IMG/VR virus record: IMGVR_UViG_3300008110_000717
Span: 1 to 62,154 of that record
DNA length: 62,154 nucleotides
DNA from: a virus
Lineage: Duplodnaviria; Caudoviricetes
Reading direction: 5' to 3' (one strand)
Position numbers and translations under genes: made by a program. This document shows positions 1-10,495 of the stretch, piece after piece (position 1 is the first letter of the stretch; every line of letters starts with the position of its first letter). The notes beneath the pieces were generated by a model. That model was not told the DNA's origin. It saw nothing but the letters and a program-made list of their open reading frames with translations, and searched no databases.

Positions 1-114
1 TGAACGAGGGCAGGGGTTCTTTGTGCCTTGTTTAGATACGGAGGCCGTTAAATTAGACGGCCTCCGTAAGGCGTTGGGTCACAGACTGTTTGATGCCAAA
101 GCCAAGATAGGTAT
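1..114. repeat. Terminal direct repeat, left copy (probably circular-assembly overlap)
   Basis: Identical to 62041-62154; an ORF reads across the junction. Confidence 0.95.
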
Positions 115-3100
115 TAAGTCGGGGCGCTTTGGAGTGTGGTTCTATCGCTAATAGCTAAGAGACGTTTAGCCAGTATGTTTTGTTGCATATCAAGTCGCTT
201 CAACAACTCGTCTTTGCGCTCAGTGGTTAAGTTAGGCGCAGATATTACTTGCCGCTTTAGTTTTGCTAACTCTCCCAGCTTTTGTTGTACTGTGCCCGAC
301 ACCGATGCTGCCGAGATTTTATCTACATACTCATCCCTAAACGCTAAAGCCTCATCACGCTTACCTTGCTGGAGTAGCGCGTCATACGTGCCCTTGGCTT
401 GTTGAATTTCTAGCATGCGCTCATAGGCTGCGTCTAACGTACCACGCCCTTCAACAGGCTGGAACAAGCCACCAATGAATGGCATTTTGCTGGTCTTCAT
501 TGTTGGCGCTTCAACGGCTTCTGTATTCATCAGAGGGTTAGCCAACGACACTAACGCAATACCCAGACCGCCTGTATATCCACGGATAAGATAATCCAGC
601 TTAATTGGAGACAGACCTATATCGCCTGTAATAGAACCAATCATTTTAGAAATTTCACTGGTGCTGGTGCGATACCGTTCAGTAGGCACCATACTGTGTA
701 TCTCACGTTGAGATTCAATGTCACCACCAAAGAAAGACTTACCCAAATAAACTTCTGTTGCAGGCTTAATTGCTTGCGGTAGGCTAAACGGGTTCGACAG
801 CATGACCAGTTTAGTCATGCCCTTGGTGATGTCATTGTTGCGCTCATCCTCTGCCGCCATGTTGTACACAGCTTCAGGCAACGCCTTGAACAAGTAACCC
901 AATTCAAACGGTATAGGTATGCGCAGCGGCTCGTCAGAGAAGGGCGTTGGCAAGAACCAGTTACCTAAACGCTCTTCTGGTTTGGCATTCTTATATGCTT
1001 CGTCGTCTTCCATCATGGCGGCGTAAGCAATGGTGCCGGCAGCTAACAACAAACCACGAGCTACCAGTTTTTTTCTAATTTCAAGCTGTTGGCTATACGG
1101 CATATCCCCCTTGAACGCACGATACAGCACATCCAAACCTTGAATCTGCGCGTTAAAGAATGGAATTAAAACGGAGGCCATCTGCATCGAGGGCGACAGA
1201 CCACGGCGACTAAAGTTCATTGACTCTAGTGTGCGCAACATAGCCTGCATTTCAGACATACCTTTGTTCAAGGAGTCTTTATAGATCACCGCACGGGTAG
1301 CCGCATCACCTTGCAGTGCGAAGGCATCTGCACGAGCCATAATTTTTTGCCAGCCAGAGCGTCCCATAGATATTTCTTTTAAGAACTTATCCATGTCGCC
1401 TTTGTCGCCAGTAAACACGTTACTGGATATGGCTCCCGATGCCATTAACTTTTTCTCAGCTTCGCTGCGTCCGGCCACCATACTAACTAACTCAGTCATC
1501 GAGTTCAGCACAGGTACGCCATCAACGCCTGTCGTCATCCATGCAGTCAGCGGGTCCCGAATTGCTTGTTTAACAGCGTAAGCAGGGTTGCGCGTTACGA
1601 ACTTGCGCAAAATATCGGCAGGCATACCTAGCATGCGAATCGCAGCCGGCATCGTGGTTTTAATACCTTCCATGCCCTTGACAATTAACGACGCAGGGAT
1701 GCCATACAGATCGGTGTCAATAACTACGAAGTGATCTTCGCCCTTGTGTTTAAAGCGTACGGTATCCGAACTTGCGGGACCTGTGCCTTTGCCTAGTGTG
1801 CTTGCCACACCAATTTTGTTTAACATGAACGCGTTCTCTTTAACCATTTGGTTACGTAACGCCATCTCCGTCAACATGAAAGTGTTCTGCACTGCACTGG
1901 TAAAAACAGGAAGAATCTCGGTGCTATCGCCTATAAGTTCTTTTAGCTGCGGCTCGTCCTTAATATTGCCGATACGTACTGGGTGTTCTTTGTCCACCAT
2001 CAACTCGATTTCGCCCGTGCCTTTGTTAACACGGTAGAACGGCACATACGTAATGGCTTTAAGTTCGGCAGCTTTCTTTTCCGTCATCGTGCCAGTTTGC
2101 ACGAGGAAATCTATTAAGCCGTTGTTGTACTCTTTGTATATACCCATCGCCTTATCAAACATCGCCTTGTCTTGTGGGCGGCTGTCCAATAATGCTTTAA
2201 CTTGGTTGTATTCTTGCTCTACCTTGCCGGGGTTCTCAAAGTTCAGCTTGGCCCAGCCCACTTGCTTGGCGCGTTCGCCTGCCAACAACGCAGTTAGGAT
2301 GGCTTCTTTCTCTGTGTCGTTACCAATCTTAGATGGCGCAATAGCGTCTGCCACCTGCATCATGTTGGCACCGGGCTTACTACTGTAGATAAATTCTTTG
2401 CCGCGCTTGGTTTCTTGTTTGACTAAAGACACAGGACCATTGGTTAGGAACTGGCCTGCATATTGGCTGCGCTGTTGACCAAAGCGAAGGTAGTACTCAG
2501 CTTGCTCTGCTTCTAATGCCGCAATCTTTTTACTATCAACACCTTTCTTTAATGCTTCAGACAATGCTGCGTACTGATCTACAAACTGAACCCGACCAGT
2601 TATGCCAAGAAAGTTAGCTTTTAATTTGTCAATGGTGCCTATGTCTTTGGCTACAAATGATGGCGCTATGCTGGCTGGTTCTTGCTTGGAGCGGAACGCC
2701 ATTGTGCCGTCGGCTGCACGGTATGGACCAAGGGTACGATTTTGGAATGCGGTGTCTGATGCTCTGATGGCATTGAATACGTCTGACGCAGACATCTCTG
2801 GCATGTTTTTAAAGCCCATGCTGCGTAGCGCATCGCGCATCATGCCAATCAACTCTTTAATAAAGCGAGATGCTTTAGCGTAGAAACTTTCTGTTACGCG
2901 TTGTTGTGCTGTGTAGGCAATGATCTCGCGCAGTGCGGCTAAATCAGGGTCGCCCTTTTGTTCCTTAGCAAACGTCATAGCATCAAGGGCTTTAACCCAA
3001 AGAGACATGCCGCCCAAGTCTTTAGCTAGTTTTTCTAAGTCCGTATCAAGCGCATACTTTTGCAAACGATCTAAACCAATAACGGTGTCAATACCGTAGT

Positions 3101-3842
3101 GACCAACCATTTCGTGATACAGCGTTTCTTCCAAGTCCGTCATGTTGGTGTGTTGATCCCCAACAACGACAATGGTGCCGTCACCAAGCACTACGCCTTT
3201 AAACGATGTTCCTTCTTTGTAGCCCTCGGCCTTCAGCATATCCAACGTCTCTTGCTTCATATCAGCAAGCGTTGGTTCATAGATCAAGTTCATGCCTTTA
3301 GGTAAGCGCGACTTGATCTCAACAATACGACCTTTGGCTTCTGTAGGATCGACAACCCCTGCCGCACTTCCTTCAGTACGGAACGCTGGACCAGCTTTCT
3401 TTTGCGCTGCCTTAGTAAAGGCAGTTTTCATTGCGTTGCCTTTGGCTTCGGAAGGTTTTTTGTTTACTTCCTTCACGGCCTGCTCAACCCGCGCCTGTGC
3501 TTCAGGCTTAATAGTTTTGTCTTCAAACACAGCTTGCTTTGCTGCTGACCTTGCTTTGCTTTCAGGCGTGCCTGTGGTCATTGTGCCAAGTTTGGCTACC
3601 TTGCGGGTTTCTTGTGCGGTGCGTTTAGATGCAACATTTTCAAGATTAAAGGTAGTCAACGCAGATTGTGCAGCGGCTAAACGTGTGCTTACGCCTTTTT
3701 GTTGTTTTGGCGTTAACGATTCGTCTTTAGCTTTTTCTTCTAGTGCTTTGACCGCTGTTTCCAACTCCGTTCTTTTTTTCTGTAAAGGAGCGGCTACTGT
3801 TTCCTTACGCTTTTCTGTAGCTTTAAGCAATTTACTACGCAT
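114..3842 (-). CDS. Giant internal virion/ejection protein, C-terminal part (zincin-like motif, LPD38-like C-terminus)
   Basis: LYHEMVGHYG metallopeptidase-like motif; RIPIPFELGYLFKALPE typical of LPD38-type domains; frame stays open upstream to about 4100; no SD before the ATG at 3842. Confidence 0.7.
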   Translation of the reverse strand: MRSKLLKATEKRKETVAAPLQKKRTELETAVKALEEKAKDESLTPKQQKGVSTRLAAAQSALTTFNLENVASKRTAQETRKVAKLGTMTTGTPESKARSAAKQAVFEDKTIKPEAQARVEQAVKEVNKKPSEAKGNAMKTAFTKAAQKKAGPAFRTEGSAAGVVDPTEAKGRIVEIKSRLPKGMNLIYEPTLADMKQETLDMLKAEGYKEGTSFKGVVLGDGTIVVVGDQHTNMTDLEETLYHEMVGHYGIDTVIGLDRLQKYALDTDLEKLAKDLGGMSLWVKALDAMTFAKEQKGDPDLAALREIIAYTAQQRVTESFYAKASRFIKELIGMMRDALRSMGFKNMPEMSASDVFNAIRASDTAFQNRTLGPYRAADGTMAFRSKQEPASIAPSFVAKDIGTIDKLKANFLGITGRVQFVDQYAALSEALKKGVDSKKIAALEAEQAEYYLRFGQQRSQYAGQFLTNGPVSLVKQETKRGKEFIYSSKPGANMMQVADAIAPSKIGNDTEKEAILTALLAGERAKQVGWAKLNFENPGKVEQEYNQVKALLDSRPQDKAMFDKAMGIYKEYNNGLIDFLVQTGTMTEKKAAELKAITYVPFYRVNKGTGEIELMVDKEHPVRIGNIKDEPQLKELIGDSTEILPVFTSAVQNTFMLTEMALRNQMVKENAFMLNKIGVASTLGKGTGPASSDTVRFKHKGEDHFVVIDTDLYGIPASLIVKGMEGIKTTMPAAIRMLGMPADILRKFVTRNPAYAVKQAIRDPLTAWMTTGVDGVPVLNSMTELVSMVAGRSEAEKKLMASGAISSNVFTGDKGDMDKFLKEISMGRSGWQKIMARADAFALQGDAATRAVIYKDSLNKGMSEMQAMLRTLESMNFSRRGLSPSMQMASVLIPFFNAQIQGLDVLYRAFKGDMPYSQQLEIRKKLVARGLLLAAGTIAYAAMMEDDEAYKNAKPEERLGNWFLPTPFSDEPLRIPIPFELGYLFKALPEAVYNMAAEDERNNDITKGMTKLVMLSNPFSLPQAIKPATEVYLGKSFFGGDIESQREIHSMVPTERYRTSTSEISKMIGSITGDIGLSPIKLDYLIRGYTGGLGIALVSLANPLMNTEAVEAPTMKTSKMPFIGGLFQPVEGRGTLDAAYERMLEIQQAKGTYDALLQQGKRDEALAFRDEYVDKISAASVSGTVQQKLGELAKLKRQVISAPNLTTERKDELLKRLDMQQNILAKRLLAISDRTTLQSAPT

Positions 3843-4030
3843 CTCAGGCGCAGCGCGGCCTAACGCCTCTGCCTTAGTATCTAAAGCATCAGCAACACTT
3901 TGTTTAAAAGCGTTTAAAGTTTTTAGTCTTTCGTTTGCTTCCTTAACAAACGCAGCTTCTTTGGTTTTGTATGCGTCAGATACATCGCCCTTTTTTTCTT
4001 TTATCTTGGCAAGTTGATCTTTAGCTTTGT

Positions 4031-6796
4031 TTACAAACGCGTTGTACTGGGCAACCCTGTTTCGTAACCAATGTCCCGCGCAACACGGGCAGGCGAAGCT
4101 TTAATGCCTTTGCCTTCTTCCAACTTCTTAGCGCGTTTAACTTCCGTAGAAACTTCGCGCTCTTCACGGCCAGCACGTTCGGTTTCTTTTGCTTTCTCGG
4201 CGGCTATCTCACTAGCTTTGCCTACTTCTTTTTTGGTGTACAACTGACCATATAAAGCATGAATAGCCTCACGCGCAGGAGTTATTTGCCCATTGAGAAT
4301 GGTTTCATATTCTTTAAGTTTGGCATTATATGTACGACGTGCCATTGCACGTTGATGAGGCGTAGCTTCTTTGTTTGTTGAAGCTGCCTTAAATGTTTCC
4401 ATTTCTTTCCAAAGGCGCTCGGCCTTCTGGATATACGATTCTTTAGCGTTGCCTTGTTTGCTGGTGATCTTACGCATTTGCGTTTCGACCTTATCCATAA
4501 TGCTGTCGTATTCTTCTTCATCTACAACACGTTTAACTGTGGTGCCGGGAAGATCAAACCGCTGCTGCATTTTTTCCAAAAGCTTTTCTTGCTCGGGCAA
4601 ACCACGTTGCCCACGCTTATCTGCTTCTTTCTGTGCGCGTTGAAGAATATCTATAGCTTTTTTGTCGTTGTTAACGACAGCGGTGCGTAGCAAATTATCG
4701 CGTTGAAACAACGCCAATGGACTTTCGGTAGGCGCAGGTTTCCCACCACGCAGCGCGTCAATCTCATCGTAGAGTTTGTTTAGCTGCTCTGATTTGGTAT
4801 TAACATCTGTGATGTGACGAGGAACAATGTCGCGCTTACCTACTGTCTGTAGGTTGTCCATTGCTTGCTTTAGCTTAATGTTAGCTGTAGCGATCTCTTC
4901 ATCAAACGTACCTGCTGGTTTGGTTTGAGCGGCTTCTTTTAAATCTGACAAACGTTCACGCGCAGCATTAACTTCAGCCATAGCCGCGTCTTGTCGTTCT
5001 TTACTTACTGCCTGTGGACCTGTTTTAACAAGTTGTACTAACTCCGTTGCCTGCCTTTCAGCTTCGGCTTCTTTAGCAGCGATGGCTTCTTCGTCTACTT
5101 TGCCCGGCAAAAATGTTTTAGCTTCAGCAAGACTTGCTTTTGCTGCGTTTAATTCTTCTTGTTCATTTTGCGATAATTTTTTCTTTGCTTGTAAAGTAGC
5201 AACAATATTTTCAAGATTTGCTACGTATTTATTAAGTGTGCCGTAATCAGCCGCAATACCTGTTTCAGGCGGCAATGGACCAGCGCCGGCTTCTAATACT
5301 TTCGTTGACTTAGGCTGCGCCTCGTCCGCTGCAAAGAGCGACAGTGTTTCACCTTTGGGTGTAGCTTGTATGTTTAATAGTTTGCTTTGTTCTGCAAACG
5401 TATTTTCTAATTTTGCACGTTCCGCTTTTAGCGCATCTAGTCTGTCGGCAAGTTTCGGAATCTTGTCCTCATCACCCAACTCACCAGCGTCCGACAGTGC
5501 TTTTTGCGCTGTCTTAATTTTCTTATCCAACGCACCCATTGTGTCAGCAGACGTTTTAGCAAACTCCTCTGCTGTTTGAGCAACACCACCTAGTTCTTCA
5601 ATCTTATTCTTTAGGCCAGACAACGATTCACGTTCAGACACAACTTGCGCAGACAGCTCTCTAACTTTAGTTGTGTCACCTGCAACAGCAGCTTCTTTCA
5701 TCTGCTCTCGCAATGCGTCAACACGCGGTTGTGCAGCCGCATACTGGTCCATTAGATCAATAACGTTGGGTTCTGGTGCAGCAAGTTCCGTCGGTGCGGG
5801 TTCTTCTACTGCAACTTCTGGCGCAGTCTCTGGCGGGCGATACTTAGCAACACCAATTTCACCGCGCTCTGTTGGGGGGATTGTTGTTATTTCACCGCGT
5901 TCACGTTCAGGCGTTGGAACAACTTCAGTCGCTACTTCAGGAGCAACTGCTTCTTCTCTAGGACGAGGCCGACCTTCTAACATAGTGCCCGGAATAGCTA
6001 ACGTGCCACCTAAGACAGCACCGCCTAAGAAATTCTCAAAGTATTCTTTCTTGGCTTCGGCATCTGTAAGACTAAGTCCGGCTTGTAAGCGTTCAAAGAC
6101 TTGTTGCCCGGCTTCAGTAGCGCCTTCGATACCTGCTGTTTTAGCCGCAGGTAAGATGTAACGTCCAGCAATACCCTTTGCTGCTTCTTCTGTAATAGGT
6201 ATGCCGGCTTTACCAAACAGCGTACGAATACCCGGCACGTATCTAAAACCAATAACGTCCAAGGCAGCTTGAGGTATGGCAGCAGCAATAGCTTTGCCTA
6301 CTTCTAGTTGTTCGCCGGTTTTGCCTGTATCTAGTTGACGCGATAGATCAGAACCAACAAACTGCGTAGCAGACGCAGCGCCTGCTGCTCCCATAGCGGC
6401 AAGTGCTCCCAATGGACTAGCAGCAGCACCCGCAACAACGGGTGCAGCCATATAGGGTAGTGATTGACCTAATAAGCCAGTAACATAATCAACGGGATGT
6501 TCAAGAAACTCAGGTTGTTGATATAGCGCAGCGGCTTTTTCTTTCTGGGCACGAGATTTGGCTTCAGCGCCTTCAACGCCTAAACCAGCAAGCCCTGCAT
6601 AGATGTCGCCTACTAAACTTTCTTTGCCTGACTTTAGCGCAGGCATGAAACCCGTTTTGGGTTTAGCAACAGGAGCTTCTGGAACCGGCGGGGACATTAC
6701 CCTTTGTAGTTCGGCTGCAAGAATCTGTGCAGACTCGGTATCTCCGGCTGCATCAGCGGCAATTAATGCCTGCTCAAGTTGTCTAATTGTCGCCAT
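4031..6796 (-). CDS. Giant internal virion/ejection protein, N-terminal part
   Basis: Ala/Gly-rich hydrophobic N-region (EGATEAGQQVFER, GGAVLGG) followed by long coiled coil; SD AGGTAG upstream; probably one gene with 114-4100. Confidence 0.7.
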   Translation of the reverse strand: MATIRQLEQALIAADAAGDTESAQILAAELQRVMSPPVPEAPVAKPKTGFMPALKSGKESLVGDIYAGLAGLGVEGAEAKSRAQKEKAAALYQQPEFLEHPVDYVTGLLGQSLPYMAAPVVAGAAASPLGALAAMGAAGAASATQFVGSDLSRQLDTGKTGEQLEVGKAIAAAIPQAALDVIGFRYVPGIRTLFGKAGIPITEEAAKGIAGRYILPAAKTAGIEGATEAGQQVFERLQAGLSLTDAEAKKEYFENFLGGAVLGGTLAIPGTMLEGRPRPREEAVAPEVATEVVPTPERERGEITTIPPTERGEIGVAKYRPPETAPEVAVEEPAPTELAAPEPNVIDLMDQYAAAQPRVDALREQMKEAAVAGDTTKVRELSAQVVSERESLSGLKNKIEELGGVAQTAEEFAKTSADTMGALDKKIKTAQKALSDAGELGDEDKIPKLADRLDALKAERAKLENTFAEQSKLLNIQATPKGETLSLFAADEAQPKSTKVLEAGAGPLPPETGIAADYGTLNKYVANLENIVATLQAKKKLSQNEQEELNAAKASLAEAKTFLPGKVDEEAIAAKEAEAERQATELVQLVKTGPQAVSKERQDAAMAEVNAARERLSDLKEAAQTKPAGTFDEEIATANIKLKQAMDNLQTVGKRDIVPRHITDVNTKSEQLNKLYDEIDALRGGKPAPTESPLALFQRDNLLRTAVVNNDKKAIDILQRAQKEADKRGQRGLPEQEKLLEKMQQRFDLPGTTVKRVVDEEEYDSIMDKVETQMRKITSKQGNAKESYIQKAERLWKEMETFKAASTNKEATPHQRAMARRTYNAKLKEYETILNGQITPAREAIHALYGQLYTKKEVGKASEIAAEKAKETERAGREEREVSTEVKRAKKLEEGKGIKASPARVARDIGYETGLPSTTRL

Positions 6797-6802
6797 ACGT
6801 TA

Positions 6803-8896
6803 CTACCTAGGTAGGTACTTATTCAGTAAACCTTCAATTTGTGGGTTTGATGCAACATTACTTACCCCAACCCCATTCGCTGCTAAGTACGATTGTAACG
6901 TAGGATACATTTGTTTAAAACTTTCGCCTGTAAGCGGGTTTTTAATTTCTGTGTCGTATGTACGGGCAAAGGCGGCAACCTGTTTGCCAGTTTGCATTTC
7001 TTGGTATGTATCAAACAATCCGGGTTCTTTTTGAAGTGCCCGCATTACACGTATTTGCTCTGGTTCTTTACCAAGCTGTTCCGTCATACCCCTATAATAA
7101 TTACTGAGTGCTTCTTGCTGTGCTTGCGCAAGTGCGGCTTTTTCACGCTCTCTCTTAGCGCCCATTGTAGCTATGCCTGAACGACCAAGGTTTTGTCCTA
7201 ACTGACTTAACATACCGCCTGCTTGACCGGGTGGGGCTTGTAGCATATTCAAACCCATCATGATCCAATCGTCATCAGTAAACCCACTTGTTTTCTTTTC
7301 GGGTATAGCTGTAGTGCCACGTTCTTCAATAGGCGCTCCAGCGGGCATTTCTTCTGTTTCAGGTTTACTAAAATCAAAGCCGGGTTCTTCACTACCTCGC
7401 ACAAATGGAGGTGCAGATACTTCACCGGGACCACGTGCCGCAGCGCCTGCCGCACCACCAGATAATTGACGGCCTACATCATAACGAGTGTCTACAGCTC
7501 TTCGTGCTTCTAGTGCTTGACGAGTACGAAGGTCCTCAAACCCTAAGTCAGAAGCACGGGCTTGGTCGCCCAGTAATTTTTGTTCTAGTTCGGCAGTACG
7601 CGCTTTGTCTGCTTCCAATCCTTGTTCCGGCGTTAGTCTTTCCGCAGGTTGGCCGGGTACACGTTCATCGGCTGCTTTAGCTCTTAAATCAGCTTGCGCT
7701 TGCTCAACTGTACGGCGACGAGCTAGTGCTTCTTCACCTAATGCTGCGGTTTCAGGAGCAACAGAAAATTCTTTACGTCCTGTTTCTAAAGCACGAGCTT
7801 GTTCAATCTCTTGCATCAACGGAGTTTTTGGTACTCGTGCTCGCGCAGCGGCTGCTACATCCGCAGTAAATTTAGAAGTAGGCGTAACTTCTGGTGCAGG
7901 ACCCGTCAATCGTGGGGCAGCTATTTTTTCTCTTGCTGCTGCCAACTCTGCTTCTGTTGCTAATGCTGCGGCTCGTGCTGATGGGCCTTTAGCTGATGGG
8001 CGTCTGGGTGCACCAATACCGGGTATATAAGCAGGTACTTTAAATTCTTCCAGCGCACGATAGGCTTCACCTAAAGATTCTTTACCTACTTCAGAACGTG
8101 GAGCAAACGTAGCAGCATCCATTGACTCTTCGTAAGTTAAAGGTTTGCCTGTGATTCGTGATAAGCCATAAGGCAGCAACGCGGTAGCAGGCGCAAACGC
8201 ACCTGACACAAGACTAGCCGCAGCTTCCGGCATCCCCGCTACATCGCGTAAAACTTTCGGTGCTTTACCAGCTTCAACTTTTTTACGTTCTGCTGCCTGC
8301 GCTTGCTCACGCCGTATTATTTCTTCAACAGGTAATCTTTGCTCAATTGCCGCTATTTGTTGTGCGCCTGTGGGTTTACCCAGTGGCGCTTCTGCTGCTT
8401 GCGCAGCAGGTAATGGTACGGCTTCAGCAATCTCACGTTTACGTTGAGCTTCTTTTTGACGTGCCAACATCTCTGGTGTACGCGGAGCTTCACGCGTAGC
8501 CATAGGTTCTATAGCACCTGCTGTTGTGAGCTTCTTTAAATAGTTAAACGGCTCTTGCTTGTTTGCCGTCTTAACATTTTCATGCAGTTTGTCAGCCACA
8601 AGCTGGCCGTTGTTTTGCTTTAAGTGCGCGTCTAGTACTGGCTCACCTTGGTTGTAAGCAACTGCAACTTTGGCTTTATCGCCTTTGTACTTTTTGTTTA
8701 AGTAGTCCAAGAACCCAAGCGACGCGTCCATGTTTTTATATGGGTCGCTGCGGTCTTTTGGAGAAATACCAAACTGCTTGGCAATATATTCTGTTAACTG
8801 CCCGATACCTTGAGGGCCTGTTTTAGATTTAGCTTTGGGATCGTAGTTAGACTCGATCTTAAAAATACCATCGACAAAGTCAGGATCAAGCCCCAA
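6803..8896 (-). CDS. Ejection protein with N-terminal lytic transglycosylase (SLT) domain
   Basis: IFKIESNYDPKAKS..GPQGIGQL, AYNQGE SLT motifs; TTG start uncertain. Confidence 0.8.
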   Translation of the reverse strand: MGLDPDFVDGIFKIESNYDPKAKSKTGPQGIGQLTEYIAKQFGISPKDRSDPYKNMDASLGFLDYLNKKYKGDKAKVAVAYNQGEPVLDAHLKQNNGQLVADKLHENVKTANKQEPFNYLKKLTTAGAIEPMATREAPRTPEMLARQKEAQRKREIAEAVPLPAAQAAEAPLGKPTGAQQIAAIEQRLPVEEIIRREQAQAAERKKVEAGKAPKVLRDVAGMPEAAASLVSGAFAPATALLPYGLSRITGKPLTYEESMDAATFAPRSEVGKESLGEAYRALEEFKVPAYIPGIGAPRRPSAKGPSARAAALATEAELAAAREKIAAPRLTGPAPEVTPTSKFTADVAAAARARVPKTPLMQEIEQARALETGRKEFSVAPETAALGEEALARRRTVEQAQADLRAKAADERVPGQPAERLTPEQGLEADKARTAELEQKLLGDQARASDLGFEDLRTRQALEARRAVDTRYDVGRQLSGGAAGAAARGPGEVSAPPFVRGSEEPGFDFSKPETEEMPAGAPIEERGTTAIPEKKTSGFTDDDWIMMGLNMLQAPPGQAGGMLSQLGQNLGRSGIATMGAKREREKAALAQAQQEALSNYYRGMTEQLGKEPEQIRVMRALQKEPGLFDTYQEMQTGKQVAAFARTYDTEIKNPLTGESFKQMYPTLQSYLAANGVGVSNVASNPQIEGLLNKYLPR

Positions 8897-9213
8897 CGCC
8901 GCTGCCTTCTGTCTAGGAGTTGTGGCAAGCCAGCCTGCATCTGCGGCGCAGCTTGCGGGGGCATAGCCTGTGGAGGCATATCTTGTTGCGGCATTTCTGG
9001 TTCACCAATCGCTGCAAGCGTTTGATCTACTACCGCAGGTTGCGGTTGTCCCGCAGCTCGCATAGCTTGCTCACGTTGCAAAGCTTTACGATCATTATCA
9101 ATATTTAGTGCCATCGACACTATAAACGGATCGTCTTTATGCAGCGTAGCAAATTCTTTTAACTGCTGTGGCGACATCCCCGCCATGCGTGTCTTTACAC
9201 TTTTATCGTACAT
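8794..9213 (-). CDS. Internal virion protein, probably the N-terminal part of the SLT protein
   Basis: Gln/Pro-rich; SD GGAG; overlaps the SLT ORF in another frame. Confidence 0.55.
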   Translation of the reverse strand: MYDKSVKTRMAGMSPQQLKEFATLHKDDPFIVSMALNIDNDRKALQREQAMRAAGQPQPAVVDQTLAAIGEPEMPQQDMPPQAMPPQAAPQMQAGLPQLLDRRQRRWGLILTLSMVFLRSSLTTIPKLNLKQALKVSGS

Positions 9214-9214
9214 A

Positions 9215-10495
9215 TTAGTCTCCGCTCATTCTCATGAGTGCTAACTCGGCTAACCCCGCAGGTCGATTGGAAACTTCTCCACCCTCTGCAAAGTACCCCA
9301 TACCTTTACCTAAGAAACCTAGTCCTGCTGCTTGTGACAACATGGATGGTGGCGCTTGGTATCCTGTTTGTACTCCTTGGGATAAAGGCAGTCCTCGGAA
9401 CATATCAGACATAAAGCCCAACTGCGAATACGGATACTGCTGTTGCTTCAAGAATTCTTGGTAGTCCGTATCAAGCCCTTGCTGTTCTAAACCTTGACGT
9501 TGCGAACCTGCTGCATTTAATGCGTTGATGATGTCTTTTTCTTGACCAAACTGAGTTTGCCCTAATTGCCCTAATTGCCCCGCAGCTTGCAGTTGTGTCT
9601 GTAAACCCTGCATACTAAGTCCTGCGCCATACTGGCGTGACTGTTCTTGTGCTTTTTGTGCTTCCAGATTGGCTTGCTGATTGAGCTGTTGTGCAGTAAG
9701 CCCTTGTTGTGCGGCCAGATTTTGCACACCCATAAGTGCTTGTAGGTTTTGTTGCCCTGTCTGGAAACCCATCTGCTGATTAGCCAACGCTGCTTGCATA
9801 GCGCGGCCTTGCTCTGTTCCGTATAAGTTTTGAGCTTGCTCGAATGCAGTTTGATACCCACGTCCAGTGATGTCACCTAACTGTTGCTGTAAATTTCTTT
9901 GGCGCTCTGCTTCAACAATAGCTTGACGTGACCCACCATAAGCCCCAGCGCCTACTGCTTGAGCCTGTTGCTGTTGTGCGGCAATATCAGACTGCCTACG
10001 AGCTTCACGAAGCTGTGGCTGCAACGCCTGTTGAACATAAGGCGACATATAACGCGATGCTTCACCCGGCTCAGTAAACGATCCTGTGTAAACGGCCTCG
10101 GGACCTTGCATTTGATACTGCTGCAAGAACGCATTTTTAGCGCGTTGTTCAGCAATGTTAGACGTATCGTATTGAACGTTACCTGCTCTAAGTCCTGCCA
10201 AGCCCGCCATTTGCGTAGCTTGCCCAAGCTGCTGAGACGGTCCAAGGTTAGCTACGTTCTGCTGTGCTTGAAGCTGCATAGGGTCGAAACCCGCAATTCT
10301 TTGCCCTTGGTATGGTTTGTATGGTTGGTCAGATAAAGCCTGCGCCTTACCCAACATTTTTTCGACATAAGGTTTAGCGTATTCAGGAATGGACGTTTGC
10401 GTAACCGTTTGGCTGGTTGGCTGACCACCGCCACCTTCATCCATATTGAATGTGTACCAGTGAACGTTAAACAAAAACTTTAAAAAATTAACCAT
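9215..10495 (-). CDS. DNA ejection/pilot-like internal virion protein
   Basis: GGGGQPTSQTVTQTSIPEYAKPY, YMSPY, GAYGGSRQA, Gln-rich; SD AAGGAG 7 nt before the ATG at 10495. Confidence 0.7.
   Translation of the reverse strand: MVNFLKFLFNVHWYTFNMDEGGGGQPTSQTVTQTSIPEYAKPYVEKMLGKAQALSDQPYKPYQGQRIAGFDPMQLQAQQNVANLGPSQQLGQATQMAGLAGLRAGNVQYDTSNIAEQRAKNAFLQQYQMQGPEAVYTGSFTEPGEASRYMSPYVQQALQPQLREARRQSDIAAQQQQAQAVGAGAYGGSRQAIVEAERQRNLQQQLGDITGRGYQTAFEQAQNLYGTEQGRAMQAALANQQMGFQTGQQNLQALMGVQNLAAQQGLTAQQLNQQANLEAQKAQEQSRQYGAGLSMQGLQTQLQAAGQLGQLGQTQFGQEKDIINALNAAGSQRQGLEQQGLDTDYQEFLKQQQYPYSQLGFMSDMFRGLPLSQGVQTGYQAPPSMLSQAAGLGFLGKGMGYFAEGGEVSNRPAGLAELALMRMSGD

Noticed and set aside
37-68. Intrinsic terminator
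   Set aside because: Strong stem but no U-tract on either strand, and it lies within a coding frame.
1-114. Biological direct terminal repeat
   Set aside because: It falls in the middle of an ORF that reads through the junction, so an assembler overlap is more likely; raw reads are needed to exclude a real end.
4031-8935. Canonical programmed -1 frameshifts at the two ejection-gene breaks
   Set aside because: No X XXY YYZ heptamer at the inferred crossover points; recoding cannot be asserted.
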